A stretch of 24,497 nucleotides of DNA from a bacterium (GTDB lineage Bacteria > Electryoneota > Electryoneia > Electryoneales > Electryoneaceae), in assembly GCA_043801585.1 (NCBI GenBank), contig JAZDLX010000100.1, positions 1 to 24,497 on the forward strand, written 5' to 3'. This document shows, piece by piece, positions 13,802 to 23,010 of the stretch. The notes beneath the pieces were generated by a model. The model was not told where the DNA came from. It saw nothing but the letters and a program-made list of their open reading frames with translations, and did not search any database. The translations under genes and the position numbers were made by a program. The first letter of the stretch is position 1; each line of letters begins with the position of its first letter.

Positions 13802-14914
13802 ATGAGCTTCGACAGGGCAAAAGCGATGCATCTCCAGAAGCGCAATGAAAAGCGTCCTGATACCGTTGAGCGGAGTGAGTTCGGACGCTTCCCTGGGGGC
13901 ACGCCCGTGCACCGTTTCACTCTCGGCGATCCGGGGGGCGGCTCTGTTGCTGTCAGCGAATACGGTTGTGCGCTGACATCCGTGATCATGCCGGATCGGA
14001 CGGGCAACCTGAGCGGAATCATTCTCAGCTATCCTTCCCTGGTCGATTACATCGCTGACACCGATTACGTGGGAGTCACTGTCGGGCGCTATGCCAATCG
14101 TGTCACAGGGGCACAGTTCACAATCGACAGAACCAGGTACCAGCTGTCGGCCAACGAAGGAAACAACCACCTGCACGGCGGTTTCCGTGGATTTGGAAAA
14201 CGTCTCTGGAAGGGTTCGGTTGTATCGCAGTCCGAGATCCCCGCGGTTCAAATGGAGCTGCTGAGTTCTGACGGTGAGGAAGGGTATCCGGGAAACCTCA
14301 GGTGCCGAGCCACCCTTACCCTGCGCGACCGAAGGGCGCTGGATGTTGTCTACGAGGCGGAGACCGATCGTCCAACGATTGTCAACCTGACTCTTCATCC
14401 CTATTTCAACCTCGCCGGGGCGGCGGAGAATCTTTCCGAACACCTGCTGTTTCTGGATGCGGACAGGTTCCTCCCGATTCGTTCCGACGGAATGCCGACC
14501 GGGGAAATTCGCCCCGTGGATGGCACCCCCTTCGATTTCCGCGAACCGGCGGTGTTTGCGACGCGTTTGAGCAGGGAGGACGAACAGCTCCGCCTGGGGA
14601 ACGGCTACGATCATTGCTGGGCGTTGCGTGAAAGGGAGGAGCGGATGAAACTCGCCGCGCGCGTCGTTGAACCCACCAGCGGCCGCACTCTGGAACTGCA
14701 CACCACCGCGCCGGGCGTTCAGTTCTACAGCGGCAATTTTCTGGGCACGAACAGCCATGCAAACGGCCACCCCGGATTTCAGGCTCGTTCGGGATTCTGC
14801 CTCGAACCTGAGGCGTGGCCGGATTCTCCCAACCACGACGCATTTCCGAAAGTAATCCTGCATCCCGGTGAACTCTACACACATCGTATCACGTATATTT
14901 TCGGGACTGAGTAA
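13802..14914 (+). CDS. galM: Galactose mutarotase (aldose 1-epimerase)
   Basis: GRYANR, NHLHGG, GYPGNL, NLTLHPYFNL, GYDH, PGVQFYSGN and GFCLEP motifs. Confidence 0.95.
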   Translation: MSFDRAKAMHLQKRNEKRPDTVERSEFGRFPGGTPVHRFTLGDPGGGSVAVSEYGCALTSVIMPDRTGNLSGIILSYPSLVDYIADTDYVGVTVGRYANRVTGAQFTIDRTRYQLSANEGNNHLHGGFRGFGKRLWKGSVVSQSEIPAVQMELLSSDGEEGYPGNLRCRATLTLRDRRALDVVYEAETDRPTIVNLTLHPYFNLAGAAENLSEHLLFLDADRFLPIRSDGMPTGEIRPVDGTPFDFREPAVFATRLSREDEQLRLGNGYDHCWALREREERMKLAARVVEPTSGRTLELHTTAPGVQFYSGNFLGTNSHANGHPGFQARSGFCLEPEAWPDSPNHDAFPKVILHPGELYTHRITYIFGTE

Positions 14915-14969
14915 AAACGGATCCCAAACCGCAAGCGTGATGGCACAGCCGCTTTGAAAGGAGAAAGAG

Positions 14970-16508
14970 ATGGAACTCAGTTTCCTCGATGTGGCCTTTT
15001 TCTTCCTTTTTTTCCTCGTCGTTCTTGGGGTGAGCATGTACAAGAGCCGCAAGGAAGAGTCGGGTGAAGATTTCTTTCTCGCGGGCAGGGGCCTGATGTG
15101 GCCGATGATCGGCCTTTCCCTGATCGCCGCGAACATCTCCACGGAACAGATCGTGGGTCAGGCCGGACAGGGGGCGGGCAACGTCGGCCTCGCGGTTGCG
15201 AGCTACGAATGGATGGCGGCGATCACGCTGGTTTTTGTGGCGTTTTTCTTTCTACCGCGTTTTCTGCGCAGCGGGATCTTCACCATGCCGGAGTTCCTCG
15301 AGTACCGGTACAATCCCTCCGCGCGGTTTCTGATGGCGGTTTATACGATGGTGATCTATGTCGGCGTTACCATCTCAGCCGTGGTCTATTCCGGAGCTCT
15401 GACCATTAATACCATCTTTGGAATGAGCATGATCAAGGCCGTCTGGCTGATTGGAGGCATCGCCGCTTTGTACACGACCTGGGGCGGCCTCAAAGCGGTT
15501 GCCTGGGCGGACCTGTTTCAGGGTGGAGCGCTGATCATCGGCGGACTCGTTGTCCTTGCCTTCGGGTTTGCGGCGGTTGGCGGAGTCAGCAATTTCATGT
15601 CGGTAAACGCCGACCGATTGCACATGATCCTCCCCGCCAACCACCCCGTTCTGCCCTGGACGGCGCTGGTCATCGGGCTGTGGATTCCGAATTTCTATTA
15701 CTGGGGATTGAACCAGTACATCACCCAGCGTACACTCGCATCGAAGTCGCTGCGGCAGGGACAGTTGGGCATTCTGTTCGCCGCGACGCTCAAACTGATC
15801 ATTCCGTTCATTGTTGTCTTTCCCGGGATCATGGCCTATCAGTTGTTCCGGAGCCAGTTGGCCGCAACGCCAGACGCCGCCTTTCCGCTGATGATCCGAA
15901 ACCTGATCCCCATCGGTGTGCGAGGTCTGATCTTCGCCTCCATCGCAGGCGCGGTGATCAGTTCCCTCGCCTCGATGTTGAATTCCGCGTCGACCATTTT
16001 CACCATGGATGTCTTCCGCAAATACATTCGAAAGGAGGCGACGCAGAAATCCCTGGTGACAGTGGGGCGCATCATGACGATGATCCTGGTCGTCATCGGG
16101 TGCCTGATCGCACCCCAGCTCGGCAATCCCAAATTCAAAGGGATTTTTAACTACATCCAGGAATTCCAAGGGTTTGTCTCGCCGGGTATCCTTGCCGCTT
16201 TTGTCTTTGGCATGATTATCAAGAAAAGTCCAGCCTCAGCGGGCGTCACCGCATTGGTGGCAAGCCCGATCATTTACGGCATTCTTTTCTTCGCGGCAAA
16301 CAACATGGCGTTCCTCAACCGAATGGCGATCACGTTCGGAGTGATTCTGTTACTGATGGCGCTGATTACCTGGTGGCGTCCGCTGACACAGCCGGTTGTC
16401 ATGCCCGAACGTGAAGGGTTCACCGATATCAGGCTGGCTCCTGGCGTCCGTCGTTTCGGAATCGCAGTCATCGTTGTGACCCTGATCCTCTACGTCATTT
16501 TCTGGTGA
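14970..16508 (+). CDS. Sodium:solute symporter (SSS/SLC5, vSGLT-like), probable galactose transporter
   Basis: Many transmembrane helices. Motifs FFLAGR, SLIAANISTEQ, YEWMAA, FTMPEFLEYRY, GGLKAVAWAD, YYWGLNQYITQR and SSLASMLNSASTIFTMD. Confidence 0.93.
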   Translation: MELSFLDVAFFFLFFLVVLGVSMYKSRKEESGEDFFLAGRGLMWPMIGLSLIAANISTEQIVGQAGQGAGNVGLAVASYEWMAAITLVFVAFFFLPRFLRSGIFTMPEFLEYRYNPSARFLMAVYTMVIYVGVTISAVVYSGALTINTIFGMSMIKAVWLIGGIAALYTTWGGLKAVAWADLFQGGALIIGGLVVLAFGFAAVGGVSNFMSVNADRLHMILPANHPVLPWTALVIGLWIPNFYYWGLNQYITQRTLASKSLRQGQLGILFAATLKLIIPFIVVFPGIMAYQLFRSQLAATPDAAFPLMIRNLIPIGVRGLIFASIAGAVISSLASMLNSASTIFTMDVFRKYIRKEATQKSLVTVGRIMTMILVVIGCLIAPQLGNPKFKGIFNYIQEFQGFVSPGILAAFVFGMIIKKSPASAGVTALVASPIIYGILFFAANNMAFLNRMAITFGVILLLMALITWWRPLTQPVVMPEREGFTDIRLAPGVRRFGIAVIVVTLILYVIFW

Positions 16509-16523
16509 GCGAGGCGGGCTGAG

Positions 16524-17576
16524 ATGACATCACTGGATGGACTTTACTCAAGCGATAAACCCCATCGCCGCTTCAACATCCTCACCGGCGAATGGGTGCT
16601 TGTTTCTCCACACCGCAGCAGGCGGCCATGGCTGGGACAAACGGAGTCCCTTCCCGCAGAGGATCTCCCTGCCCATAATCCGGAGTGTTACCTCTGTCCG
16701 GGAGGAACACGGGCCGGAGGAATTAAAAATCCGGATTACACCGGCACCTTTGTCTTCACCAATGATTTTGCCGCGTTGCTGCCCGAGGGAGGCGGTGCAT
16801 CACCTGATTACGATCCGCTGTTCCAGGCGGAAGCGGTCCGTGGCACCAGCCGGGTCATCTGTTTCTCGCCGAGGCACGACCTGACTCTGCCGAAACTGCC
16901 GAAACAGACCGTCCGGGATGTGGTGGATGTCTGGGCGGTTCAGTCCGAGGAGTTGGGCAGGATCTATCGTTGGGTGCAGGTCTTTGAAAACAAGGGCGCA
17001 ATGATGGGCTGCTCGAACCCGCATCCGCACTGCCAGATCTGGGCGAGTGACATCCTGCCGACCATTCCCGCGAAGGAGGAGGCATTCCAGGCGAACTACC
17101 TGGCAAAACACGGAAGCGTGATGTTGCGGGATGTGCAGCTTCGCGAGGAGGAGTGGGGCGAGCGGGTTGTCCTGCGAAACGACCAGTGGACGGTGATTGT
17201 GCCTTACTGGGCGAGTTGGCCGTTTGAAACGCTGCTCCTGCCGCGCACGGATGTTCGCCGATTGTCGGAGTTGAACGGTCAGCAACGCGATGGACTCGCC
17301 GATATCCTGATGCGCCTGCTCGCAAAATACGACAATCTGTACAATGTCTCGTTCCCCTACAGCATGGGTTGGCACGGGGCGCCCTATCCAGCGTATTCCC
17401 CGGCGGATCACTGGCTGTTGCACGCCCATGTTTTTCCTCCGCTGCTCCGCTCGGCCACGGTGAAGAAATTCATGGTCGGCTACGAGATGCTGGCGGAACC
17501 ACAGAGGGATCTGACGCCTGAACAGGCCGCCGAACGGTTGCGGGAACTGCCGGAACATCTCGGAAAGGAAAAGTAG
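16524..17576 (+). CDS. galT: Galactose-1-phosphate uridylyltransferase
   Basis: [24 protein letters not shown], catalytic [18 protein letters not shown], and [10 protein letters not shown]. Confidence 0.97.
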   Translation: MTSLDGLYSSDKPHRRFNILTGEWVLVSPHRSRRPWLGQTESLPAEDLPAHNPECYLCPGGTRAGGIKNPDYTGTFVFTNDFAALLPEGGGASPDYDPLFQAEAVRGTSRVICFSPRHDLTLPKLPKQTVRDVVDVWAVQSEELGRIYRWVQVFENKGAMMGCSNPHPHCQIWASDILPTIPAKEEAFQANYLAKHGSVMLRDVQLREEEWGERVVLRNDQWTVIVPYWASWPFETLLLPRTDVRRLSELNGQQRDGLADILMRLLAKYDNLYNVSFPYSMGWHGAPYPAYSPADHWLLHAHVFPPLLRSATVKKFMVGYEMLAEPQRDLTPEQAAERLRELPEHLGKEK

Positions 17577-17579
17577 ACG

Positions 17580-18839
17580 ATGAGCTCCATGCCGTCCCTC
17601 AACTCGCTCTACGACGCCGGGAGTATCTCCATTCAAGAGGCTCGATACCGGTCGCTCTCCGATCGGTTGCGCAAGCATACGGGCTTGACCGATCCGGTGC
17701 TTTTTGTCAGTTCCCCGGGACGCACGGAGTTGGGCGGCAACCACACCGATCACAATCGCGGCTGCGTGCTGTGCGCCTCGGTGCAGCACGATATGGTTGC
17801 GGCGGTGCAGCCTCGCTCAGACAACAAAATCGAGTTGCACTCTGATGGCTTCGAGGATCGCTTCGAGATCGGGCTGGACTTCCTGGAACGTGTGTCGGAG
17901 GAGGAGGGAACGACCCAGGCGTTGATCCGCGGAGTCGCCGGAGAGTTAGCGGCCCGGGGGCACAAGATCGGAGGTTTCAGCGCATTCGTGAACAGCACCG
18001 TGCCGGTGGGATCCGGCCTCTCCTCGTCGGCGAGTTTCGAGGTGCTGGTCGGCGGGATCATCAACGAGCTGTACAACGTTGGCTCGATTTCACCGGTCGT
18101 GCTCGCCCAGGTGGGGCAGAGGGCCGAGAACGAATACTTCGGCAAACCCTGCGGCCTGATGGATCAGCTTGCCTGTGCCGTTGGCGGGGTGCTCTCCATC
18201 GATTTCGAGGACACAGCAAATCCTGTCATACATCGGATCGAGGTTGATTTCTCGGGCCGTGAATTCGCTCTGGTTGTCGTTTACACCGGGGGGAGTCACG
18301 CGGACCTGACCGATGCCTATGCCTCGATCCCGAAAGAGATGAAGGCGGCCGCAGCTGTGTTCGACAAAGAGGTTCTGCGGGAGGTGGACGAAACCCGGCT
18401 CCCGGACCACCTGATGCAGCTTCGTGAAACGGTTGGTGACCGGGCCACGCTGCGAACGTTGCACTTCTTTGCGGAGAACCGACGCGTCGCCCAGATGCAG
18501 AAGGCTCTCGAAAACGATGATTTCTCCGCCTTCCTGCAACTCGTCCGGGCGAGCGGGTTTTCGTCGCTTGGGGTGCTGCAGAACATCATCCCGCCCGCCA
18601 GCGACGGACGTGAACAGCCGATGGCGCTGGCGCTGGGTGCCTCGAACCTCTTCTTCGAAAGGACGGGTCGAGGCGGCTCACGGATTTCGGGGGGAGGCTT
18701 CGCGGGAACGATCCAAACCTATGTACACCGCGAGGACTTCGCCGAATACGTCAAGCTTATGGAATCGCTGTTCGGGAAGGATTGCGTGCAGAGGTTAACG
18801 ATCCGGCCCTTCGGAGTGGCACCGGTGGAACAGAAGTAG
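17580..18839 (+). CDS. galK: Galactokinase
   Basis: PGRTELGGNHTDHN, GHMP motif PVGSGLSSSAS, GKPCGLMDQ and GGGFAG. Adjacent to galT. Confidence 0.93.
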   Translation: MSSMPSLNSLYDAGSISIQEARYRSLSDRLRKHTGLTDPVLFVSSPGRTELGGNHTDHNRGCVLCASVQHDMVAAVQPRSDNKIELHSDGFEDRFEIGLDFLERVSEEEGTTQALIRGVAGELAARGHKIGGFSAFVNSTVPVGSGLSSSASFEVLVGGIINELYNVGSISPVVLAQVGQRAENEYFGKPCGLMDQLACAVGGVLSIDFEDTANPVIHRIEVDFSGREFALVVVYTGGSHADLTDAYASIPKEMKAAAAVFDKEVLREVDETRLPDHLMQLRETVGDRATLRTLHFFAENRRVAQMQKALENDDFSAFLQLVRASGFSSLGVLQNIIPPASDGREQPMALALGASNLFFERTGRGGSRISGGGFAGTIQTYVHREDFAEYVKLMESLFGKDCVQRLTIRPFGVAPVEQK

Positions 18840-18960
18840 ACTTCGCAGACATTGTTTCTTGTTAACTTACTAGTAATTGTAATTGCTCTTATTTTTAATA
18901 TTTTTATCGAGAAGCTTTTAACACTGCGAGAAAGTGATCTTAATTGAAATAAAGCAGCAT

Positions 18961-18988
18961 AAAAAGGGGGCGAATAATCGCCCCCTTT
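18961..18988. terminator. Intrinsic terminator between convergent galK and the antitoxin gene (probably bidirectional)
   Basis: AAAAAGGGGGCGA-ATAA-TCGCCCCCTTT. Confidence 0.8.
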
Positions 18989-19011
18989 GTGCAAGAAAAA
19001 CATTTAGAAAA

Positions 19012-19293
19012 TCACGTGACTGGTTGAGCAACAATGTCAATTTTATAACCTGTTGCAGTAGCAACCTTAATAAGGGTTTGAATGTTCATGTTATTGCTTT
19101 TGTTGCCTTCAATGCGGGCAATGACCGACTGTTTCGTGCCGATCCTTTTCGCAAGCTCAGCTTGTGAAAGCTTCGCATGATTCCTCATATTTCTGACGAG
19201 GATTTCAAGCTTGAGCTTCTCGTATTCTTCCTCGATAGCCTCGGTCAAATCAGGGAATTCTTCGAGGAGAATGTTGATCGCCTCCTTGCTCAT
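19012..19293 (-). CDS. XRE/HTH antitoxin (HigA-like)
   Basis: LSQAELAKRIGTKQSVIARIE helix-turn-helix. AAGGAGG RBS precedes ATG ATG (19296/19293). Lies directly downstream of the toxin gene. Confidence 0.88.
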   Translation of the reverse strand: MSKEAINILLEEFPDLTEAIEEEYEKLKLEILVRNMRNHAKLSQAELAKRIGTKQSVIARIEGNKSNNMNIQTLIKVATATGYKIDIVAQPVT

Positions 19294-19328
19294 CATAACC
19301 TCCTTGGTGAACCTATTCAAATCGTAAT

Positions 19329-19697
19329 TTACACAAGTCTATCCTCCCCCTGCTTTTTTACTTCCTTGAGCGATTTCACGGCTTTGTCGATGTCCGGTTC
19401 TGATACCTTGTCCGTTTTCTTCTTGAGGCCCGCCAGCAACACAGCCTTTGCACGAGCGTAGAAACCGTAGAGTATCCGGTATTGTGTTTTCTTGTGTTCG
19501 ACCCTCAATTCGTAGATGTCATCTCTTAGAGGGGCGGCGTATGGCCTTTCAAGATTGTGACCATAGTCCCCGAGTAGTTTAATTCTGGCACCGAGTTTGA
19601 TTCGGACCTTCTTCTCTTGCTGTTTTATCCATTCCAGGACAGGATTCTTACCGCGAGAATCCTTGTAGAAATTGACAACTGTCTTGCTCTCTTTCAT
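19329..19697 (-). CDS. RelE/ParE-superfamily toxin (Gp49/HigB-like)
   Basis: FYKDSRGKNPV.EW, PYAAPLRDDIYELRV, YRILYGF and LL.GLKKKT motifs. GAGG RBS before ATG 19697. Confidence 0.88.
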   Translation of the reverse strand: MKESKTVVNFYKDSRGKNPVLEWIKQQEKKVRIKLGARIKLLGDYGHNLERPYAAPLRDDIYELRVEHKKTQYRILYGFYARAKAVLLAGLKKKTDKVSEPDIDKAVKSLKEVKKQGEDRLV

Positions 19698-19725
19698 CGT
19701 TTGACCTCTACTGTTTGACATGGGT

Positions 19726-19754
19726 AAAATAGCATATATGCTATATTCTGTCAA
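19726..19754 (-). promoter_or_regulatory. Sigma70 promoter of the TA operon
   Basis: Minus strand TTGACA-17 nt-TATTTT, with an extended -10 TGn. Confidence 0.8.
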
Positions 19755-19769
19755 TAGCATTTATGCTAT
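19729..19769. promoter_or_regulatory. Twin palindromic operators (probable antitoxin-binding sites)
   Basis: ATAGCATATATGCTAT (19729-19744, perfect) and ATAGCATTTATGCTAT (19754-19769), spaced 25 bp apart and overlapping the promoter. Confidence 0.75.
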
Positions 19770-19947
19770 ATGTCTCCAGCTGGTGGTAGGGGTATATTAT
19801 ATTTATATTATTTAAAAACATTAAGATAACACTTTCTCGTAATTGAAGGATCACTCATAGCGCAGTGACTCGATGGGATAAGCCATGGTTGTGTGCACTT
19901 GGAACCTGGCGTCTAAGGCCACTTGCAGTGCTGCGCACCGGTGCGGT

Positions 19948-19982
19948 AAAAAAAAGGCCGCCCCGCTGTTATGCGGGGCGGC
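19948..19982 (-). terminator. Intrinsic terminator downstream of tRNA-Pro
   Basis: 10-bp stem GCCGCCCCGC/GCGGGGCGGC, followed on the minus strand by C and T8. Confidence 0.88.
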
Positions 19983-20003
19983 GTTCGGGTCCAGCGACTT
20001 CGC

Positions 20004-20080
20004 TGGTCGGAGCGACTGGATTTGAACCAGCGACCCCCTGACCCCCAGTCAGGTGCGCTACCGGGCTGCGCCACGCTCCG
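20004..20080 (-). tRNA. tRNA-Pro (GGG)
   Basis: Minus strand CGGAGCGTGGCGCAGCCCGGTAGCGCACCTGACTGGGGGTCAGGGGGTCGCTGGTTCAAATCCAGTCGCTCCGACCA. It folds as a cloverleaf with anticodon GGG and an encoded CCA. Confidence 0.97.
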
Positions 20081-20240
20081 AATCCGGAATTGGTTGAAAA
20101 AGCAACCTTTCCGTTTGACTATTGAACTGTTTGAAAGAGAACGGGGATCTGTTCCCTGGCCACCTTGAAAGGCCGTCAGGTGCGATTTGCTGTTCTTCTC
20201 ACCCCTGATGACCGACTGACCCTTTCAAGCGGCGATTCTG

Positions 20241-20269
20241 AATATAGGCGGCGATGTGGGAGTGGGCAA
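20241..20269 (-). promoter_or_regulatory. Putative sigma70 promoter for tRNA-Pro
   Basis: Minus strand TTGCCC-17 nt-TATATT, about 160 nt upstream of the tRNA. Confidence 0.55.
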
Positions 20270-20374
20270 CTTAGCGGGAGAGGGGGGTGCCTCCGAGCGG
20301 TGGGTGATTCGGGATTTTTAATCCCGGGTTTCACTGGGTTTTAAGGACGCGACAGGGAGGCATTGGCGAAACCG

Positions 20375-20429
20375 GTGTCGGGTCTCCGTTTTTCCGACGG
20401 CTCGGGACAGGCTCTAACGACCCGACACA
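20375..20429. repeat. Inverted repeat element GTGTCGGGTC...GACCCGACAC
   Basis: 10-bp perfect arms at 20375-20384 and 20419-20428. The right part, CTAACGACCCGACACA, recurs at 20599-20614. Confidence 0.65.
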
Positions 20430-20465
20430 TGAAGTGCATGAACGAATAGATCCTTCCGGCTTCGC

Positions 20466-20520
20466 CGTCTGGATGACGAAGGGTGCGGCGTCTGGATGAC
20501 GAAGGGTGCGGCGTCTGGAT
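20466..20520 (+). repeat. Tandem repeat, 23 bp x 2.4
   Basis: CGTCTGGATGACGAAGGGTGCGG twice, plus CGTCTGGAT, all perfect. Confidence 0.85.
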
Positions 20521-20528
20521 TCTACCTT

Positions 20529-20773
20529 AATCAAACCTTGACCTTTGTAGAAACCCGGCCATCGAGCTGGCCGGGCCACCCGTCCGCCAACTGGCGGGCT
20601 AACGACCCGACACAACATTGAAGGAGCAATCAGGGACAGTCCCTGAAAGGTTTTCTGGGGACAGTCCCTGATTGTTCTCCAAACGCGCTATTCCTGATGT
20701 TCAATTACTCGGCCAACTGTGAAATCAAACCTTGATCTTAATAGATACCCGGCCATCGAGCTGGCCGGGCCAC
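20529..20773. repeat. 51-bp direct duplication, each copy ending in a GTGG-type REP-like palindrome
   Basis: 20529-20579 versus 20723-20773, 4 mismatches. Both end in ACCCGGCCATCGAGCTGGCCGGGCCAC. Confidence 0.85.
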
Positions 20774-20827
20774 ATTCTTTTAGGGACTTCCCCTGATTGC
20801 TCTCCAAACGCGCTGTACTGGATGTTC
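20623..20827. repeat. GGGACAGTCCC palindromic repeats and a duplicated ~45-bp tail
   Basis: GGGACAGTCCCTGA occurs twice in 20633-20671, with inverted arms CAATCAGGGAC/GTCCCTGATTG. The tail CCCTGATTG.TCTCCAAACGCGCT...GATGTTC repeats at ~20783-20827. Confidence 0.7.
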
Positions 20828-20843
20828 TATGACGTTCAAGCTA

Positions 20844-21170
20844 TCAGTCGCCCAGCATTTCCAGGATTTCTTTCAGGCCGTGCTTGACCTCTTCGATCAC
20901 CCGTTCACGCTTTCCTGCTTTGGAAGCCTTGCCACCCGTGCGGCGATTCTTCAGTTCCTGCCGGGCGCCTTCGATAGTGAAGCGTTGGTCATGGAGCAAG
21001 TTTTTGATTTCCATGATCAAATTGATGTCCTGTTCCCGATAGACCCGGTTGCCCGCACGGTTCTTCTTCGGTTTCAGGTCCTTGAATTCGGTCTCCCAAT
21101 AGCGCAGCACATGCGGCTGCAACCCCGTCATCTCGGCGGCTTCACGAATGCTGTAGTACATCTTGTTCAT
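20844..21170 (-). CDS. MerR-family HTH transcriptional regulator (type often found next to tRNA-Pro)
   Basis: YYSIREAAEMTGLQPHVLRYWETEF..LKPKKNRAGNRVY and LL....FTIEGAR motifs. Start is 21170 or 21176. Confidence 0.92.
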   Translation of the reverse strand: MNKMYYSIREAAEMTGLQPHVLRYWETEFKDLKPKKNRAGNRVYREQDINLIMEIKNLLHDQRFTIEGARQELKNRRTGGKASKAGKRERVIEEVKHGLKEILEMLGD

Positions 21171-21235
21171 GGGCATCCCCTGAGATTCTGTCCGCAAGGT
21201 ACAACCGTTCGCGAATCCCGGCAAGACATTGCTGT

Positions 21236-21694
21236 TCAGATTCCAGTATGACCGAAACCGCCCACGCCACGGTCGGTGCCGGGCAGTCGATCCACTTCTT
21301 TCCAGGCGACGGCGACGACCGGCGCGATCACCATCTGGGCGATCCGGTCGCCGCGGCGGATGGTGAACGGTTCCACTCCGAAATTGGTCAGGATGATTCG
21401 CACCTCTCCCCGGTAATCGCTGTCGATGGTCCCCGGGCTGTTCATCAGCCCGACGGAGTGCTTCAACGCCAAACCGCTGCGAGGACGGATCTGAGCTTCG
21501 TAGCCATGCGGAACGGCAATCGCGAACCCCGTCGGAACCGCCACCGTTTCACCCGACTGCACAACTATTTTACTCTCCACCGCGGCGTAGACGTCCATTC
21601 CGGCCGCGCCGACGCTCATCGCGGTGGGCAGTGGCACATCCGCCGTCTTTGCAGCGTCCAACCGTGTGATCTCGACAGACAGCGGGTTCGACAT
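21236..21694 (-). CDS. dut: dUTP diphosphatase
   Basis: Five dUTPase motifs: AGMD, RPRSGLA, GTIDSDYRGE, GDRIAQ and RGVGGFGHTG. GGAGG RBS before ATG 21694. Confidence 0.97.
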   Translation of the reverse strand: MSNPLSVEITRLDAAKTADVPLPTAMSVGAAGMDVYAAVESKIVVQSGETVAVPTGFAIAVPHGYEAQIRPRSGLALKHSVGLMNSPGTIDSDYRGEVRIILTNFGVEPFTIRRGDRIAQMVIAPVVAVAWKEVDRLPGTDRGVGGFGHTGI

Positions 21695-21810
21695 GAGATG
21701 GACCTCCAGGATGGGGGGTGCATTCGTCAGGATGCAGAAAATGGCACTCGCGGCTTCATCTCTCAACCGTAATTGCCAATTCTTCAAAAGAGTGCGAGCC
21801 AGAATGAGTC

Positions 21811-23010
21811 TTAACGGTATTTCTTCATGAATTCGCCGATCTGATAGTAGGCCTTCTCGAGAATTTGTTCCGGCGGCAGAAAGACGATCCGCATGTGCCG
21901 AGTGCCGGGGACTTGTCCGAATCCATCCCCCGGGACAACGACCACACCCGTTTCCAGGATCAGGTTGCGGACGAACTCGGAGTCGTCCACGTCGATTTCG
22001 AGTTTCGGGAAGGCGTAGAATGCCCCACCCGGCTTGACGCAGGAGATGCCGTCAATGTCGTTCAGCATCTCGTAGGTTAGGTTACGGCGCCGCTCGAGTT
22101 TCGCGATCATACCGGGCAGGTGGGCGTCATCGCCATCGAGTGCAACAGGGATGGCGTACTGCAACGGGTGATTGGCGCAGAGACGGGCGCGGAGCAGCTT
22201 GTTGATCGCTTCGATCAGATCGACAAGACGGTTTTTCGGTCCCGACACGACCCCCCAACCGATCCGCCACCCGGGACCGACGTAGTTTTTCGCCAATCCA
22301 CAGAAGGTGACGACCGGGCAGTCGGGGTTGAGCGAGGCGATGGAGATGTGCTTCTGACCATCGAACAGTAGCTTGTCGTAGATCTCATCCGCGAGGATTA
22401 CCAGGTCGTGTTCGAGAGCGATTTTGACGACACCTTCGAGAAATTCCCGGCTGTTGTTCGAGCCGGTGGGATTGTTCGGGTTGATCAGGACGATGGCGCG
22501 GGTTTTGTCGTTGACCTTTGAACGGATGTCCTCGAGGTCCGGCTGCCAGTCGTTTTCTTCGCTAAGATAGTAGGGATTCTCGATCGCGCCGATTTTCGGG
22601 ATGATGGCCGTGTAGAGCGGGTAACCGGGAGCAGGGGTGAGGACGTTCTCGCCCTCGTCCACCAGGCTGGTCAACGTCAGTTCGATCGCTTCGGAACCGC
22701 CGGTGGTGACAAAGACATCCTGGATGTTCCGTATTCCCTTGGATTCGGCGTAACGGCGGATCGCTTCCACCGCCACCGGAATCCCGCTCGATGGGCTGTA
22801 GCCGCAATGGTTGTCGAGCATCGCCTTTGTCGCGGCGTCAATCAGCGGACGCGGGGTTTCGAAGTCAAACTGGTTCGGGTCGCCGATGTTCAGGTAAAGC
22901 AACTCTTTGCCAGCCTTTTCGGCCTCCTTGGCAAGGACGACGATATCCCGGACGGCATAACGGACGTTCGCGGTGCGTTTGGCGGCACGGATCGGATTTC
23001 CGCTGCCCAT
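21811..23010 (-). CDS. Class I/II PLP-dependent aminotransferase, AlaA-like
   Basis: YAVR, LNIGDP, PGYPLY, INPNNPTG, ADEIYD and PLP lysine in GLAKNY..PGWRIGW. GGAGG RBS before ATG 23010. Confidence 0.92.
   Translation of the reverse strand: MGSGNPIRAAKRTANVRYAVRDIVVLAKEAEKAGKELLYLNIGDPNQFDFETPRPLIDAATKAMLDNHCGYSPSSGIPVAVEAIRRYAESKGIRNIQDVFVTTGGSEAIELTLTSLVDEGENVLTPAPGYPLYTAIIPKIGAIENPYYLSEENDWQPDLEDIRSKVNDKTRAIVLINPNNPTGSNNSREFLEGVVKIALEHDLVILADEIYDKLLFDGQKHISIASLNPDCPVVTFCGLAKNYVGPGWRIGWGVVSGPKNRLVDLIEAINKLLRARLCANHPLQYAIPVALDGDDAHLPGMIAKLERRRNLTYEMLNDIDGISCVKPGGAFYAFPKLEIDVDDSEFVRNLILETGVVVVPGDGFGQVPGTRHMRIVFLPPEQILEKAYYQIGEFMKKYR

Noticed and set aside
18840..20003. Prophage or integrative element at tRNA-Pro
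   Set aside because: No integrase, phage genes or att duplication is visible. Only the TA islet is supported.
20466..20520. Possible mini-CRISPR
   Set aside because: The units are contiguous with no spacers, so this is a simple tandem repeat.
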